A stretch of 64,000 nucleotides of DNA from positions 15,128 through 79,127 of the forward strand of contig JALHNY010000001.1 of assembly GCA_022843285.1 (NCBI GenBank), written 5' to 3'. The first letter of the stretch is position 1, and every line of letters starts with the position of its first letter. The translations under genes were made by a program, and so were the position numbers. A model generated the notes under the pieces. That model did not search any database and was not told the origin of the DNA. It worked only from the letters and a program-made list of their open reading frames with translations. The stretch comes from Minisyncoccota bacterium. Its GTDB lineage: Bacteria; Patescibacteriota; Minisyncoccia; UBA6257; 2-01-FULL-56-20. Positions 13,957 to 24,200 of the stretch are shown piece by piece.

Positions 13957-14275
13957 GCGGCGTCCTGGTAAGCGGGATTCTGTCGCCAGTGGCGGACAGC
14001 AATCTATCTGGGATCGCGGTCACCCGCGACCTCTAGCGGCACTCCAGCACGAGGCTGGCTCGGCCTTGCACCCGGTAAGGGTTTAGCCGTTTCACCCCGG
14101 CGGTCTCCCGCCGGACTACCCCCGAGGGGGTCCGGTCCATTTCTGGACGCGGCGTCTCTGCTCGCACCTCTCGCGTTGCCGCGGCGGGCCGTTAGCCCGT
14201 ACCTTTTTGACTTAGAAACTAAGTGGGTGTCCCGACTTTCCTCTGGGCAAGCCCAGCTGCTGTCTCGGACGCCGC
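13957..14275 (-). ncRNA. rnpB: RNase P RNA (type A-like)
   Basis: Minus strand carries GAGGAAAGTCGGG, GGGTGAAACGG, GGGTGCAAG and ACAGAATCCCGCTTA; P1 pairing GCGGCGTCC/GGACGCCGC. Confidence 0.95.
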
Positions 14276-14291
14276 AGGGGCAGTGTGCCAG

Positions 14292-14786
14292 CTAGTTATC
14301 CGTATCGCCAGCCTTGTCGTCCCGGAGCGCGTGGTTGCTGAGCCCGGTCGCGCGGAGGAGGTATATGGCGAGCGCCATGACGACCGCCGAGACCGTGGCG
14401 AGCTGCCACATGCCCAGTCCCGCGAGGATGCCGACCGCTGCCGTCGCCCAGATGAGCGCCGCGCTCGTGAGGCCGAGGACGTGGTGATTGTTCTTGAGGA
14501 TGATGCCTCCGCCGATGAAGCCGATGCCCACGATGATGTTGGCGATAATGTTGAAGAGCGCGCCGCTGTCACGGAGGATCGGCTCGGCGTACCCGCCGCC
14601 GGCTACGAAGGTAAAGGGGACCGCGAGCGCGATCAGGGTGAAGAGGCAGGCGCCTCCCGCCACGAGCATCGACGTCTTCACGCCGGCGTCCTTGTGGATG
14701 ATTTCTCGCTCCAGGCCCATCACGATGCCCAGCGCGAGGGCCACGAAGAACCGGGCGAGCATTTGCGAGAGGGGGAGCATTTCCAT
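14292..14786 (-). CDS. MgtC/SapB family membrane protein
   Basis: MGLERE...AGVKT, GIGFIGGGII, GLTSAALIW. Confidence 0.92.
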   Translation of the reverse strand: MEMLPLSQMLARFFVALALGIVMGLEREIIHKDAGVKTSMLVAGGACLFTLIALAVPFTFVAGGGYAEPILRDSGALFNIIANIIVGIGFIGGGIILKNNHHVLGLTSAALIWATAAVGILAGLGMWQLATVSAVVMALAIYLLRATGLSNHALRDDKAGDTDN

Positions 14787-14807
14787 AGACTGCATTGTAC
14801 CAGAGCC

Positions 14808-16193
14808 ATGCGCACCTACGTAAACGAAGCCCCGAAGAAGGTCGGCGAGACGGTCACCCTGATGGGCTGGGTGGACTCCCGCCGCGACCACGGCAAGGTC
14901 ACCTTCATCGACCTCCGCGACGTGAGCGGAACGGTGCAGGCGGTCGTGACCCCCGAGATCCCCGGTGCCGATGACCTGCGTGCCGAGTGCGCGGTCGAGG
15001 TGGAGGGTCTCGTGAAAGCCCGCCCCGAGAAGCTCGTCAACGACAAGATGCCCGACGGGCTCGGCACGATTGAGATCGAGGTTCGGGGTGCGAAGCTCCT
15101 GGGCGCCGCCGAGGTGCTCCCGATCGCCGTCACGACCGACGGCACGGAGATCGGCGAGGAGGTTCGCATGAAGTACCGATACCTCGACCTGCGCCGCCCG
15201 CGGCTGCAGCGCAACCTGCGCGTGCGGCACCGCGTCATTGCCGCCATTCGCCGCTACCTCGACGAGCGCGGCTTCGTGGAGGTCGAGACCCCGAACCTCA
15301 CGAACCCGACGCCCGAGGGCGCCCGCGACTACCTCGTGCCGAGCCGGCTGCAGCCGGGCTCCTTCTACGCGCTCCCGCAGTCTCCCCAGCAGTTCAAGCA
15401 GCTGCTGATGGTCGCGGGCGTCGAGAAGTACTTCCAGATTGCGCGCTGCTTCCGCGACGAGGACACGCGCGGTGACCGCCAGGCTGAGTTCACGCAGCTG
15501 GACCTCGAGATGAGTTTCGTGGAGCAGGAGGACGTGATTGCGCTCAACGAGGCGCTCCTCATCGACCTCGTGGAGAAGAACTTCCCGGAGAAGAAAATTC
15601 AGGAGATTCCGTTCCCGCGCATCACGTACGCCGATGCCGTGGCGCAGTACGGCTCGGACCGCCCGGACCTCAGGAAAGACACCTCCGACCCGAACCTGCT
15701 CGCGTTCTGCTGGGTCATCGACTTCCCGTTCTTCGAGAAGAACAGGGAGGGTGGGTGGACCTTCACGCACAACCCGTTCTCGGCGGCGCAGCCGCAGCAC
15801 GAGCAGAACCTGATGAACGGCTCCGACGTTGCGGACATTCTCGCCGCACAGTACGACATCGTGCTCAACGGGTACGAGATTGGCGGCGGCAGCATCCGCA
15901 ACCACAAGCCGGAGGCGCTCCGCGCGGCTCTGAAGATCATGGGCTACGACGAGGAGCGCACCGAGCGCGGCTTCGGCCACATGCTCGAGGCGCTCAGCTA
16001 CGGCGCACCCCCGCACGGCGGCATCGCCTGGGGTCTGGATCGCCTCGTGATGCTCCTGCTGGGCGAGCCGAACATCCGCGAGGTCATGGCGTTCCCGAAG
16101 ACGGGGGACGGCCGCGACCTGATGGCGGGCGCCCCGGTGCCGGTCTCGAAGGAGCAGCTCGACGAGCTGCGGATCAAGATCATCGAGAAGTAG
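14808..16193 (+). CDS. aspS: Aspartate--tRNA ligase (likely non-discriminating, lacks GAD insert)
   Basis: RRDHG, ALPQSPQQFKQ, GAPPHGGIAWGLDR. Confidence 0.96.
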   Translation: MRTYVNEAPKKVGETVTLMGWVDSRRDHGKVTFIDLRDVSGTVQAVVTPEIPGADDLRAECAVEVEGLVKARPEKLVNDKMPDGLGTIEIEVRGAKLLGAAEVLPIAVTTDGTEIGEEVRMKYRYLDLRRPRLQRNLRVRHRVIAAIRRYLDERGFVEVETPNLTNPTPEGARDYLVPSRLQPGSFYALPQSPQQFKQLLMVAGVEKYFQIARCFRDEDTRGDRQAEFTQLDLEMSFVEQEDVIALNEALLIDLVEKNFPEKKIQEIPFPRITYADAVAQYGSDRPDLRKDTSDPNLLAFCWVIDFPFFEKNREGGWTFTHNPFSAAQPQHEQNLMNGSDVADILAAQYDIVLNGYEIGGGSIRNHKPEALRAALKIMGYDEERTERGFGHMLEALSYGAPPHGGIAWGLDRLVMLLLGEPNIREVMAFPKTGDGRDLMAGAPVPVSKEQLDELRIKIIEK

Positions 16194-16231
16194 CTGGCGC
16201 AACCTTACCCACCCTGTACAATCTCAACCCT

Positions 16232-16747
16232 ATGACTACGAAACCTCAGCGCACGCTCATTCTCCTCAAGCCCGACGCGCTCCAGCGCGGCATCGTCGGC
16301 GAAATCCTCACCCGCTTCGAGCGGGTGGGTGCCGCCATGGTCGGCATGAAGCTCCTCGTTTCGGACAAGGACACCGCCATGCAGCACTACACCGAGGACG
16401 TTGCGATTCGTCGCGGCGAGCACATCCGCGAGCTCATGGTGAAGATGCTCACCTCCGATCCGGTCGTGGCCGTCGTCCTCGAGGGCGTGGACATGGTGGA
16501 GCTCGCCCGCAAGATGGTCGGCGCGACCGAGCCGAAGAGCGCGGCGCCCGGCACGATTCGCGGAGACTACTCGCACGTCTCGTACGCGCAGTCCGATGCC
16601 AGCGGCAAGGGAATCTTCAACCTCATCCACGCGTCCGGCTCCGCGGAAGAAGCGGAGGCTGAAATCGCGGTCTGGTTCAAGCCGGAAGAGCTCGTCGAGT
16701 TCAAGCCGGGGTACGCGAACTACACGATCCACCAGTACTACGAGTAA
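16232..16747 (+). CDS. ndk: Nucleoside-diphosphate kinase
   Basis: QRTLILLKPDALQRG, PGTIRGDY, NLIHASGS. Confidence 0.95.
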   Translation: MTTKPQRTLILLKPDALQRGIVGEILTRFERVGAAMVGMKLLVSDKDTAMQHYTEDVAIRRGEHIRELMVKMLTSDPVVAVVLEGVDMVELARKMVGATEPKSAAPGTIRGDYSHVSYAQSDASGKGIFNLIHASGSAEEAEAEIAVWFKPEELVEFKPGYANYTIHQYYE

Positions 16748-17211
16748 TGGAGCTCGACCCGCGCCTCCACTTCGTCGTCACCACGGCCATTGTGGTGAGG
16801 GACGGGAAGTTTCTCATCGCCAAGCGCTCCGAGTCTGAGAAGGCGTTCCCGGGCAAGTGGACGGTGCCGGGCGGCAAGCTCGTGCTCACCGAGTACCAGG
16901 ACCTGCCCCGCACCTCGGACACGCACCCGCAGTGGTACAACGTCGTGGAGTGGGCGCTCCGCAAGGAGGTGCGCGAGGAGGTTGGCCTCGAGATTGGCAC
17001 GCCGAAGTACCTGTGCGATTTGGTCTTCGTGCGCCCGGACGGCTACCCGGTGGTGACGCTGTCCTACTGGGCTGAGTACGAGAGTGGGGAGGTGCAGCTC
17101 TGCAAAGACCTCACGGAGTACGCCTGGGTCACCGCCGAAGAGGCGAAGGGCTACGACATGATCGAGGGCATCGCCGAGGAGATTGCCGACGTGGCAAAGC
17201 TGATTGCGTGA
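16747..17211 (+). CDS. NUDIX hydrolase
   Basis: Interrupted Nudix box PGGK...ALRKEVREEVG. Confidence 0.9.
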   Translation: MELDPRLHFVVTTAIVVRDGKFLIAKRSESEKAFPGKWTVPGGKLVLTEYQDLPRTSDTHPQWYNVVEWALRKEVREEVGLEIGTPKYLCDLVFVRPDGYPVVTLSYWAEYESGEVQLCKDLTEYAWVTAEEAKGYDMIEGIAEEIADVAKLIA

Positions 17212-17250
17212 ACGAGAAGAAAAGGGCGACCGCAGCGGTCGCCCTTTTCG

Positions 17251-17982
17251 TTACTCCTTGAAGCTCTCGCGCATCACCGCGCCAATCTTCTCGAAGTCTC
17301 CCCCGAGAATCTTTTCGAGGTTGCTCCACTTCTTGCCGATGCGGTGGTCCGTGATGCGGTCATCGGGGAAGTTGTACGTGCGGATTTTCTCGGAGCGATC
17401 TCCGGTGCCCACCTTGGACTTGCGCTCCGCGCCGATTGCCGCCGCCTCTTTTGCAATTTGCTCCTCGTAGAGCTTCGCGCGGAGGACGTCCATGGCGCGC
17501 TCGCGGTTGGCAGCCTGGCTGCGCTCGACGCGCGATGCCACGACGGTGCCGCTGGGCTTGTGGAGAATGCGCACGGCCGTCTCCACCTTGTTCACGTTCT
17601 GCCCGCCGGGTCCGCCCGCGCGCGAGAAGGTGACCTCGAGGTCGCGGTCGTTGATGACCACCTCCTGCGGTGGCACGACCGGCATGACCGCCACGGTCGC
17701 GGTGGAGGTGTGGATGCGGCCGGAGCGCTCCGTCTTGGGGACGCGCTGCACGCGGTGCACGCCGCTCTCGTGCTGGAGCGAGTCCCACGCACCCTCGCCG
17801 CTGATCTCAATGACGATGCTCTTGTACCCGCCGAGGTCGTTCTCCGAGGCATCGACGACGGTGAAGCGCCAGTTTTTTGCCACCGCGTACTGGCGGTACA
17901 TCTCGGTGAGGTTCGCCGCGAAGAGGGCGGCCTCGTCGCCACCCACGCCCGCCCGGATTTCCATGATCAGCTTCTTTCCCAT
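17251..17982 (-). CDS. prfA: Peptide chain release factor 1, N-terminally truncated
   Basis: [17 protein letters not shown] (PxT), [17 protein letters not shown]. Confidence 0.92.
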   Translation of the reverse strand: MGKKLIMEIRAGVGGDEAALFAANLTEMYRQYAVAKNWRFTVVDASENDLGGYKSIVIEISGEGAWDSLQHESGVHRVQRVPKTERSGRIHTSTATVAVMPVVPPQEVVINDRDLEVTFSRAGGPGGQNVNKVETAVRILHKPSGTVVASRVERSQAANRERAMDVLRAKLYEEQIAKEAAAIGAERKSKVGTGDRSEKIRTYNFPDDRITDHRIGKKWSNLEKILGGDFEKIGAVMRESFKE

Positions 17983-18054
17983 AGGGCTACATCGTACGGG
18001 GAGCCTGGCTCCTGGACAAGCTTTACAGGAGAAAATCGTGTACAATAGGTAATC

Positions 18055-18486
18055 ATGTCCAAGCGAATTCTCGTTGTGGATGACGAGCCGGACTTCCGGG
18101 AGATATTTTCTACCCATTTGAGAATGAAGGGCTTTGACGTGGATACCGCGGACGGGGCTGAGAACGCGCTAGCGAAGATCAGAGCTTCTGCCCCCGACCT
18201 GGTGCTCATGGACGTGCAAATGCCTCCCGGGAAGACCGGCATCGAGGCATTTTTTGAGCTCAAAAACGATCCGCAGACCGCGAACGTCCCCGTAATGTTT
18301 CTCACTAACCTCGGCGCCACCGAGGTGGAGGCCCAGCAGATCAACGTGCAGTACGCGCAGGAGCTCGGGGCGGTCGGCGTGCTCAAGAAGACGGACGACC
18401 TCAAGAGCCTGAGTGAGGCAATAGCTAAGCAGTTCGGCGGGGGAGTCGCACCGGCTACCTCAGTGGAGGTACCCCCAGCGCCGTAG
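18055..18486 (+). CDS. Single-domain response regulator (CheY-like)
   Basis: [16 protein letters not shown]. Confidence 0.92.
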   Translation: MSKRILVVDDEPDFREIFSTHLRMKGFDVDTADGAENALAKIRASAPDLVLMDVQMPPGKTGIEAFFELKNDPQTANVPVMFLTNLGATEVEAQQINVQYAQELGAVGVLKKTDDLKSLSEAIAKQFGGGVAPATSVEVPPAP

Positions 18487-19767
18487 CAGCTTTTCGTCTC
18501 GTTCAATAAAGGAGCGTCCGATGTCATCCCGGTAGAACATCTTCGGGATGACAATTTTCTCCACGAGCCTGTACGCCCGCCGGCGCGCCTCCTCAACAGT
18601 CTTGCCCATCTCGGTCACGTACAGGACGTAGCCGCACCAGTCTGAGATGTACAGGCGGTCCTTCTTGCGGCCGGGGCGCGCGGATACCTCCTCGAAGTGG
18701 ATGTGCGCCATGTCGCTGTCCTTCATGTCCTCGCGGAAGTAGATGCTCACGCCGTCCGATGAGACGCCGCGCAGCTTGCGCGTGTAGGGGAACGGCGGCA
18801 CCGCCACGAGAACCACGACCCCGAAGCCCTTTCGCCATTTCAGCTTGTACTGCTCGCCCAGCGCGACCGCGCGGAGGAACTCGGACCACGGGGAGCTATT
18901 GAACTCGGTGTGCAGCTGGACGATGGGGGAGCCGAAGCGCGGCGTCGCCTCGAGCGGGTACGCCCCGGTCTCGTTGACGATGCAGTTGATGTCGATGTCG
19001 CCACGGAAATCGATTGCCTGGAGGTAGGGCTTGAGCTTCGCGAGCGTCTCCCCGAACAGCTTGTTACTCTCGTCATCGTCGTACCAGGCGAGGGTGCCCA
19101 TTTCGCTCGTGGTGGGGCCGATGTTGCCGGGAAAGAAGCGCTTGTACTCGACGTTCATCTCGATGGGGCCGACCCAGTCCGTGCCGTTGAAGTAGCGGGC
19201 CACGCCGATTTCCACACCCTCAATCTTCTCCTGCAGGTCGAGCGGCTCAGCCTGCTTCCTGCTGTTTAGAGCGTAACCCTCGAGCGTGCTGATCACGTCA
19301 CGGCCGTCCGGCAGCTGCCCGACGTAGTTGAGGCTCCTCGGCGCCTTCGCGTTCTGCTTGATGACCCACGCTCGCGGGTTACGCCTCACGAAGGCGATGG
19401 CGTCCTCAATTTTTTGGAAGGTCTTGTAGGGGACGGTCTTGATGCCGTGCTGTTTGAAAATTTCCTGGGCGTGCGCGCGATCTACCTCGAGCTTGTCGCC
19501 GAGGGCAGATCCTCCAAAGACCGCGTACCCCTGCTTGCGTAGCCGATCCTGGACGGATCCAAAGCCAATGCCGTCGAACACGATGAGGCCGGCTTTGCCG
19601 ACCCACTCGAGCTCTCGCTTCCAGTCCTCCGTTTGCTCGAGCAGCCCGATGAAGTTGCTCCGCCGCTCCTTGTCCTGGACAAAGATTTTCACATCGTGAC
19701 CCTCCTGCTTCAGCAGGTAGGCGATGTTGCCGGAGACGAGCTCGTCCGAGACGAACAGGATTCGCAC
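18460..19767 (-). CDS. PurD-like ATP-grasp ligase
   Basis: LEVDR, GPTTSEMG, LEATPRFG, FYRDDIG; GTG start inferred. Confidence 0.75.
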   Translation of the reverse strand: MRILFVSDELVSGNIAYLLKQEGHDVKIFVQDKERRSNFIGLLEQTEDWKRELEWVGKAGLIVFDGIGFGSVQDRLRKQGYAVFGGSALGDKLEVDRAHAQEIFKQHGIKTVPYKTFQKIEDAIAFVRRNPRAWVIKQNAKAPRSLNYVGQLPDGRDVISTLEGYALNSRKQAEPLDLQEKIEGVEIGVARYFNGTDWVGPIEMNVEYKRFFPGNIGPTTSEMGTLAWYDDDESNKLFGETLAKLKPYLQAIDFRGDIDINCIVNETGAYPLEATPRFGSPIVQLHTEFNSSPWSEFLRAVALGEQYKLKWRKGFGVVVLVAVPPFPYTRKLRGVSSDGVSIYFREDMKDSDMAHIHFEEVSARPGRKKDRLYISDWCGYVLYVTEMGKTVEEARRRAYRLVEKIVIPKMFYRDDIGRSFIERDEKLLRRWGYLH

Positions 19768-19818
19768 ACCCCCATGATACAATGAAAACCATCAGGGGTC
19801 TCAGGCCCACCTTGCAAA

Positions 19819-20736
19819 ATGCACTGGCTCCCCATCGCCCTCATCCCGTCCGCGCTCTTCGCGGTCTGTAACTACTTGGATAAGTACCTGATCGAGGAGT
19901 ACTTCAAGGAGCAGGGGAACGGGGCGCTCATTATCTTCTCCTCGCTCATTGGGGTCGTCGTGCTCCCGTTCATCGTGCTCTTCATAGGGAGTTCGTTCCT
20001 CATCGCGCCCCTGCTGGCCCTGGCCATGGTGGGCAACGGCGTGCTGTACGTGCTCGCACTCCTGCCCTACCTCTCGGCGCTGCATGACGATGAGGCTTCG
20101 GTGGTGGTGCCGCTCTGGCAGCTCATCCCCGTCTTCGGGTACCTGCTCGGGTACCTCACGCTCGGCGAGTCCCTGAGCGCCACGCAGCTCATAGCTGGAG
20201 CCATCATCGTCGCGGGCGCGTTCACGCTCTCACTCGGCGTGCGCCCGGGTGAGTTCCACGTGAAGTGGAAGACATTCGCGCTCATGGCTTTCTCCTCGCT
20301 CCTCATGGCACTCAACGGGGTGCTCTTCAAGCTCTTTGCCCTGGACGCCTCGTACGGCGTGACGCTTTTCTGGGACAGCGTGGGACTCATCGTCATCGGC
20401 GTCGCGTACCTCGTGTTCTCCCCGTCCTCACGGCACAGCTTCATCGAAGTGTTCCGACAGAACAGCCGCGGGGTGCTCACGCTCAACGGCGCCAACGAGG
20501 TCATCAACATTGTTGCCATGTTCATCCTGAACTACGCCCTGCTCCTCGCGCCGGTGACCTTCGTGTTCCTCGCGAACGCGTCCCAGCCGTTGTGGGTGCT
20601 CCTCTTCGGCGTGATTCTCACGCTGCTCTTCCCGCACGTCATTGCCGAGAACCTCGATCGCAGGACCATCGCGCAGAAACTGTTCGCGATCCTGCTCTTG
20701 GGCATTGGCGTGTTTCTCATGGATGCTGCCGCCTGA
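19819..20736 (+). CDS. EamA/DMT family transporter
   Basis: About 10 TM segments in two repeats; EASVVVPLWQLIPVF. Confidence 0.85.
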   Translation: MHWLPIALIPSALFAVCNYLDKYLIEEYFKEQGNGALIIFSSLIGVVVLPFIVLFIGSSFLIAPLLALAMVGNGVLYVLALLPYLSALHDDEASVVVPLWQLIPVFGYLLGYLTLGESLSATQLIAGAIIVAGAFTLSLGVRPGEFHVKWKTFALMAFSSLLMALNGVLFKLFALDASYGVTLFWDSVGLIVIGVAYLVFSPSSRHSFIEVFRQNSRGVLTLNGANEVINIVAMFILNYALLLAPVTFVFLANASQPLWVLLFGVILTLLFPHVIAENLDRRTIAQKLFAILLLGIGVFLMDAAA

Positions 20737-20757
20737 CCTCGGTGCTACAATGGCCGC

Positions 20758-21207
20758 ATGATCGGCAGGCGCCCCTGGTTCTTTGCACTTCTGGCGGTAG
20801 CGGTGGTAGCCGCGGGTTCGCTGACGTGGGGGTACCAGCGCACGTACGTGCGCGGAGACTACCGCATCTCTCTCGAGGTGCCGTGCGATGGCGAAGCCAG
20901 CTGCTTCGCGCCGTACGAGGAGGGCGGAGACCCGTTCGCCGTTCTCATCACATCCGCATCCTCGCTCCGAGCTCGCTGTGGTACCGACGTCGCGTCCTGC
21001 ACCCCGACGTGCGACTCGCTCGGCCCCTCCTGCTCTTACCTGCACTGCGGCACCGACGAGGGCGCCCAGTACGGAGACTGCCTCGGAGCGGAGGAGCCGG
21101 AACCCGCGGAGGGCGAAGCGGCGGGGGAGGGGGTGACCGAGGAAGTCACGGAAGGAACCGGGGAAGAGGCTCCTTCCGAGGTCGCCAATCCTGAACTGGC
21201 ATCATGA
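20758..21207 (+). CDS. Hypothetical membrane-anchored Cys-rich protein
   Basis: N-terminal TM, 8 Cys, acidic tail. Confidence 0.7.
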   Translation: MIGRRPWFFALLAVAVVAAGSLTWGYQRTYVRGDYRISLEVPCDGEASCFAPYEEGGDPFAVLITSASSLRARCGTDVASCTPTCDSLGPSCSYLHCGTDEGAQYGDCLGAEEPEPAEGEAAGEGVTEEVTEGTGEEAPSEVANPELAS

Positions 21208-22865
21208 TCTGCCCCGGATTTGAAACCCCCGCGTACCTCTTCTTTGCCCAGGACGTACCGGCACTCCTGTACTACTCGCACCTGCCCGCGGCGTTCATGG
21301 CGCTCCTGGTCGGCTTTTTCGTTTTCACGCAGGACACGTCCTCGCGCGCGAGCCAGCTGCTCCTCGGCATTGCCGGCAGCTTCGTGGCGTGGATCGCCCT
21401 CAACCTCATTGCCTGGACCAACAACTCCAGCGACCTGATTTTCTTCACGTGGTCCTTCTTTGGCGTGCTGTTCACCACCATCGCGCTGCTCTCTTTCTAC
21501 CTCGCGTACGTCTTCGTCCGGCAGGAGGACCTCCCGTCCTGGGCTAAGTGGATTCTGCTTGGCCTCGGCCTGCCCGTCCTGGCTCTCGCGCCGTCTGCTC
21601 TCAACCTCTCGCAGTTCGACCTGACCGGGTGCAGCGTGTACGCAGAGGGCTTCGCGTACACGACCTACTACTACGGCCTCGGCCTGGCGTCCTTCATCGC
21701 CACCTTCGCCCTCGCGGTTCACCAGGCGCGGCAGCTCGCGGGCCGGGACCGCCGCAAGGTCGCGCTCTTCACGTTCGGTATCGAGGCGTTCCTCCTCATG
21801 TTCTTCATGTCGAGCTACATCGCGAGCTACCTGTACGAGCACGGCATCGTCTCGGACTACTCGCTGGAGCAGTACGGGCTCTTCGGCATGGCCATTTTCA
21901 TGGCATTCCTCGCGTACCTTATCGTCCAGTACCGTGCGTTCAACGCGAAGCTGCTCGCGACGTCTGCACTGGTGTGGGCCCTGTGCATCCTCATTGCCTC
22001 GCAGTTCCTCTTCGTGAAGGAGCCTACGAACTTCGTGCTCGTGGGCATCACGCTGGCGCTCGCCATCGTCTTCGGCAACGTGCTCGTCCGCAGCGTCCGC
22101 CGCGAGGTGGAGCAGCGCGAGAAGCTGCAGGTGCTCACCGAGCAGCTTCAGAAGGCAAACACGCAGCTGCAGGACCTCAGCCGCTTCAAGACGCAGCTCC
22201 TCAGCCTCGCCTCGCACCAGATCAAGGCGCCCCTCGCCGCCATCAAGGGGTACATCTCGCTCATGCTCGAGGGCGGGTACGGCGCCGTGCCCGAGAACCT
22301 CCAGAAGCCGCTGAACGCGATGCAGCACTCGGCGAACGGCCTCGTGGACCTCGTCACGTCGCTCCTCGACCTCAGGAAGATTGACGAGGGGAAAATGGAG
22401 TACGCCTTCGAGCGCACCGACCTCGCGGAAATGGTGCGCGACGTGGTCGAGGAGCTGGGCATGCTCGCGCGGGAGAAGAAACTCGCCCTCACGCTCTCGG
22501 GAGCCGACGCCCCGATCTTCGTGCGGGCGGACCGCACCAAGCTCCGCCAGGTCGCGCAGAACCTCGTGGACAACGCCATCAAGTACACGCCGAGCGGCTC
22601 GGTGAGCGTGGCCGTAACCCGCGAGGGGCGCTTCGTGACGTGCACGGTCTCAGACTCGGGTCTCGGCATGGCGCCCGCGCTCCTGCCGCGCCTCTTCGAT
22701 GAGTTCACCCGCGACCAGCGCGTGCAGCACACGATTCGCGGCACCGGCCTCGGCCTCTACATTGCGAAGCGCATCATCGAGGCGCACGGCGGGGACATCA
22801 GGGCGGACAGCACCGGCGAGGGGCAGGGTTCCAGGTTCTGGTTCACGCTCCCAACCGCGCCATGA
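21204..22865 (+). CDS. Sensor histidine kinase with multi-TM (HisKA_7TM-like) input
   Basis: ASHQIKAPL H-box, NLVDNAIKYT, DSGLG, GTGLGL. Confidence 0.93.
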   Translation: MICPGFETPAYLFFAQDVPALLYYSHLPAAFMALLVGFFVFTQDTSSRASQLLLGIAGSFVAWIALNLIAWTNNSSDLIFFTWSFFGVLFTTIALLSFYLAYVFVRQEDLPSWAKWILLGLGLPVLALAPSALNLSQFDLTGCSVYAEGFAYTTYYYGLGLASFIATFALAVHQARQLAGRDRRKVALFTFGIEAFLLMFFMSSYIASYLYEHGIVSDYSLEQYGLFGMAIFMAFLAYLIVQYRAFNAKLLATSALVWALCILIASQFLFVKEPTNFVLVGITLALAIVFGNVLVRSVRREVEQREKLQVLTEQLQKANTQLQDLSRFKTQLLSLASHQIKAPLAAIKGYISLMLEGGYGAVPENLQKPLNAMQHSANGLVDLVTSLLDLRKIDEGKMEYAFERTDLAEMVRDVVEELGMLAREKKLALTLSGADAPIFVRADRTKLRQVAQNLVDNAIKYTPSGSVSVAVTREGRFVTCTVSDSGLGMAPALLPRLFDEFTRDQRVQHTIRGTGLGLYIAKRIIEAHGGDIRADSTGEGQGSRFWFTLPTAP

Positions 22866-24154
22866 AGCTCATCCCGACCAGCCACCGGGGCCTCCGGTCC
22901 CGGCACGACACCGCCGTCTTCGAGCGGCACGCGCTCGCGAACGGCGTCACCGTCTGGCTGCAGCGTTCCCCGGTGCTCCTGACGGAAGAGGGCGTGCTCG
23001 TGGCGTACTTCAGGAACGTCGGCAACGTGCTCGACCCTAAGGGCAAGGAGGGACTCGCGCACTTCCTGGAGCACATGCCGTTCAAGGGGACGGAGCGGTA
23101 CCCCAGCACCGAGGACATCGAGGCGGCCATCCGTAACGTGGGCGGCGGCAAGAACGCCACGACCTCCCGCTACTGGACGAGCTACTTCACCGCCGCGCCG
23201 GCTTCCGACTTTCCCGTGGCGCTCGACGTGCTCTCCCAGATCCTCACGCGCCCGCTCATGCGCGCGGAGGACCTCGAGGTGGAGCGAGGCGTCATCCAGA
23301 GCGAGCGTCGCCGCAAGTTCGAGCACGGCGCGACCCTGGCCGCGCACGACGTCGACGAGCTGCTCTTCGGGGACCACCCGGCCTTCTCGTGGGGGATAGG
23401 CAGCGAAGCATCGATTGACGCCATCACGCTCGAGGACGTGCTCGCGTTCTGGGACGCGCACTACCACGCGGGCAACATGCACCTGGTCGTCGGGGGAACG
23501 TTCTCGGAGGTTCCGGACGTCCTCGCCCGCCTCCAGGAGGCGTTCGGGGGCGTGCCCGCGAAACCCGCACTGGAGCTCCAGCTTCCCGCCATGCCCGTGC
23601 CCGCGACCTTGCGGCACCGCCTCACCAACCCCCGGTACAGCCGGGACCGCTTCTTCGTCGAGTGGGTCCTCTCCGAGAACGTTCCCGATGCAGACCGGGA
23701 TGCGCTGGGCCTCCTGACCTCTGCCTTCAGCAGCGGCATGGACTCGCCGCTCGCGGTCGAGCTCCGCGACAAGCGCGGCCTCGTGTACGAGAGCGGGCTC
23801 ATGGGGGCGTCTTTCGTGCGCAACATCGGGGGCATGATCTCGCTCGAGCTCCCGGTCACGGGAGCGCAGTACGACGAGGTGCAGCCGGTGGCCATGGAGC
23901 TGTTCCGCAACCTGCCCGACGAGCGCCTGTCCACCACGCTGGATCGCTGGCAGCTGGGGCGCCTCACGGGCTTCCACTACCCGACGCAGCTGTGCCTGCG
24001 CCTCGGGGGTGACCTCGTGCGCTACGGCGAGCCGCGCTCCATCCACCAGGACCAGGCGGAGGCCGACGACACGGACCTGGAGCTCGTCCACAAGTGGAGG
24101 GACTACGTCTCCAGGACCCCGCCCGTGGTGGTGGAGACCACGTCGCACGAATGA
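22862..24154 (+). CDS. M16 family zinc peptidase
   Basis: GLAHFLEHM (HxxEH), ELRDKRGLVY. Confidence 0.92.
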   Translation: MKLIPTSHRGLRSRHDTAVFERHALANGVTVWLQRSPVLLTEEGVLVAYFRNVGNVLDPKGKEGLAHFLEHMPFKGTERYPSTEDIEAAIRNVGGGKNATTSRYWTSYFTAAPASDFPVALDVLSQILTRPLMRAEDLEVERGVIQSERRRKFEHGATLAAHDVDELLFGDHPAFSWGIGSEASIDAITLEDVLAFWDAHYHAGNMHLVVGGTFSEVPDVLARLQEAFGGVPAKPALELQLPAMPVPATLRHRLTNPRYSRDRFFVEWVLSENVPDADRDALGLLTSAFSSGMDSPLAVELRDKRGLVYESGLMGASFVRNIGGMISLELPVTGAQYDEVQPVAMELFRNLPDERLSTTLDRWQLGRLTGFHYPTQLCLRLGGDLVRYGEPRSIHQDQAEADDTDLELVHKWRDYVSRTPPVVVETTSHE

Positions 24155-24180
24155 GAGAACCCGGCAATTGCCGGGTTCTC
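24155..24180. terminator. Palindromic hairpin between convergent genes
   Basis: GAGAACCCGGCAATTGCCGGGTTCTC. Confidence 0.65.
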
Positions 24181-24200
24181 TCACCAACAGCCCAGGAGAC

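Noticed and set aside
14223-14807. N-terminal extension of the aspS ORF
   Set aside because: It overlaps mgtC and rnpB on the other strand; AspRS homology starts at 14808.
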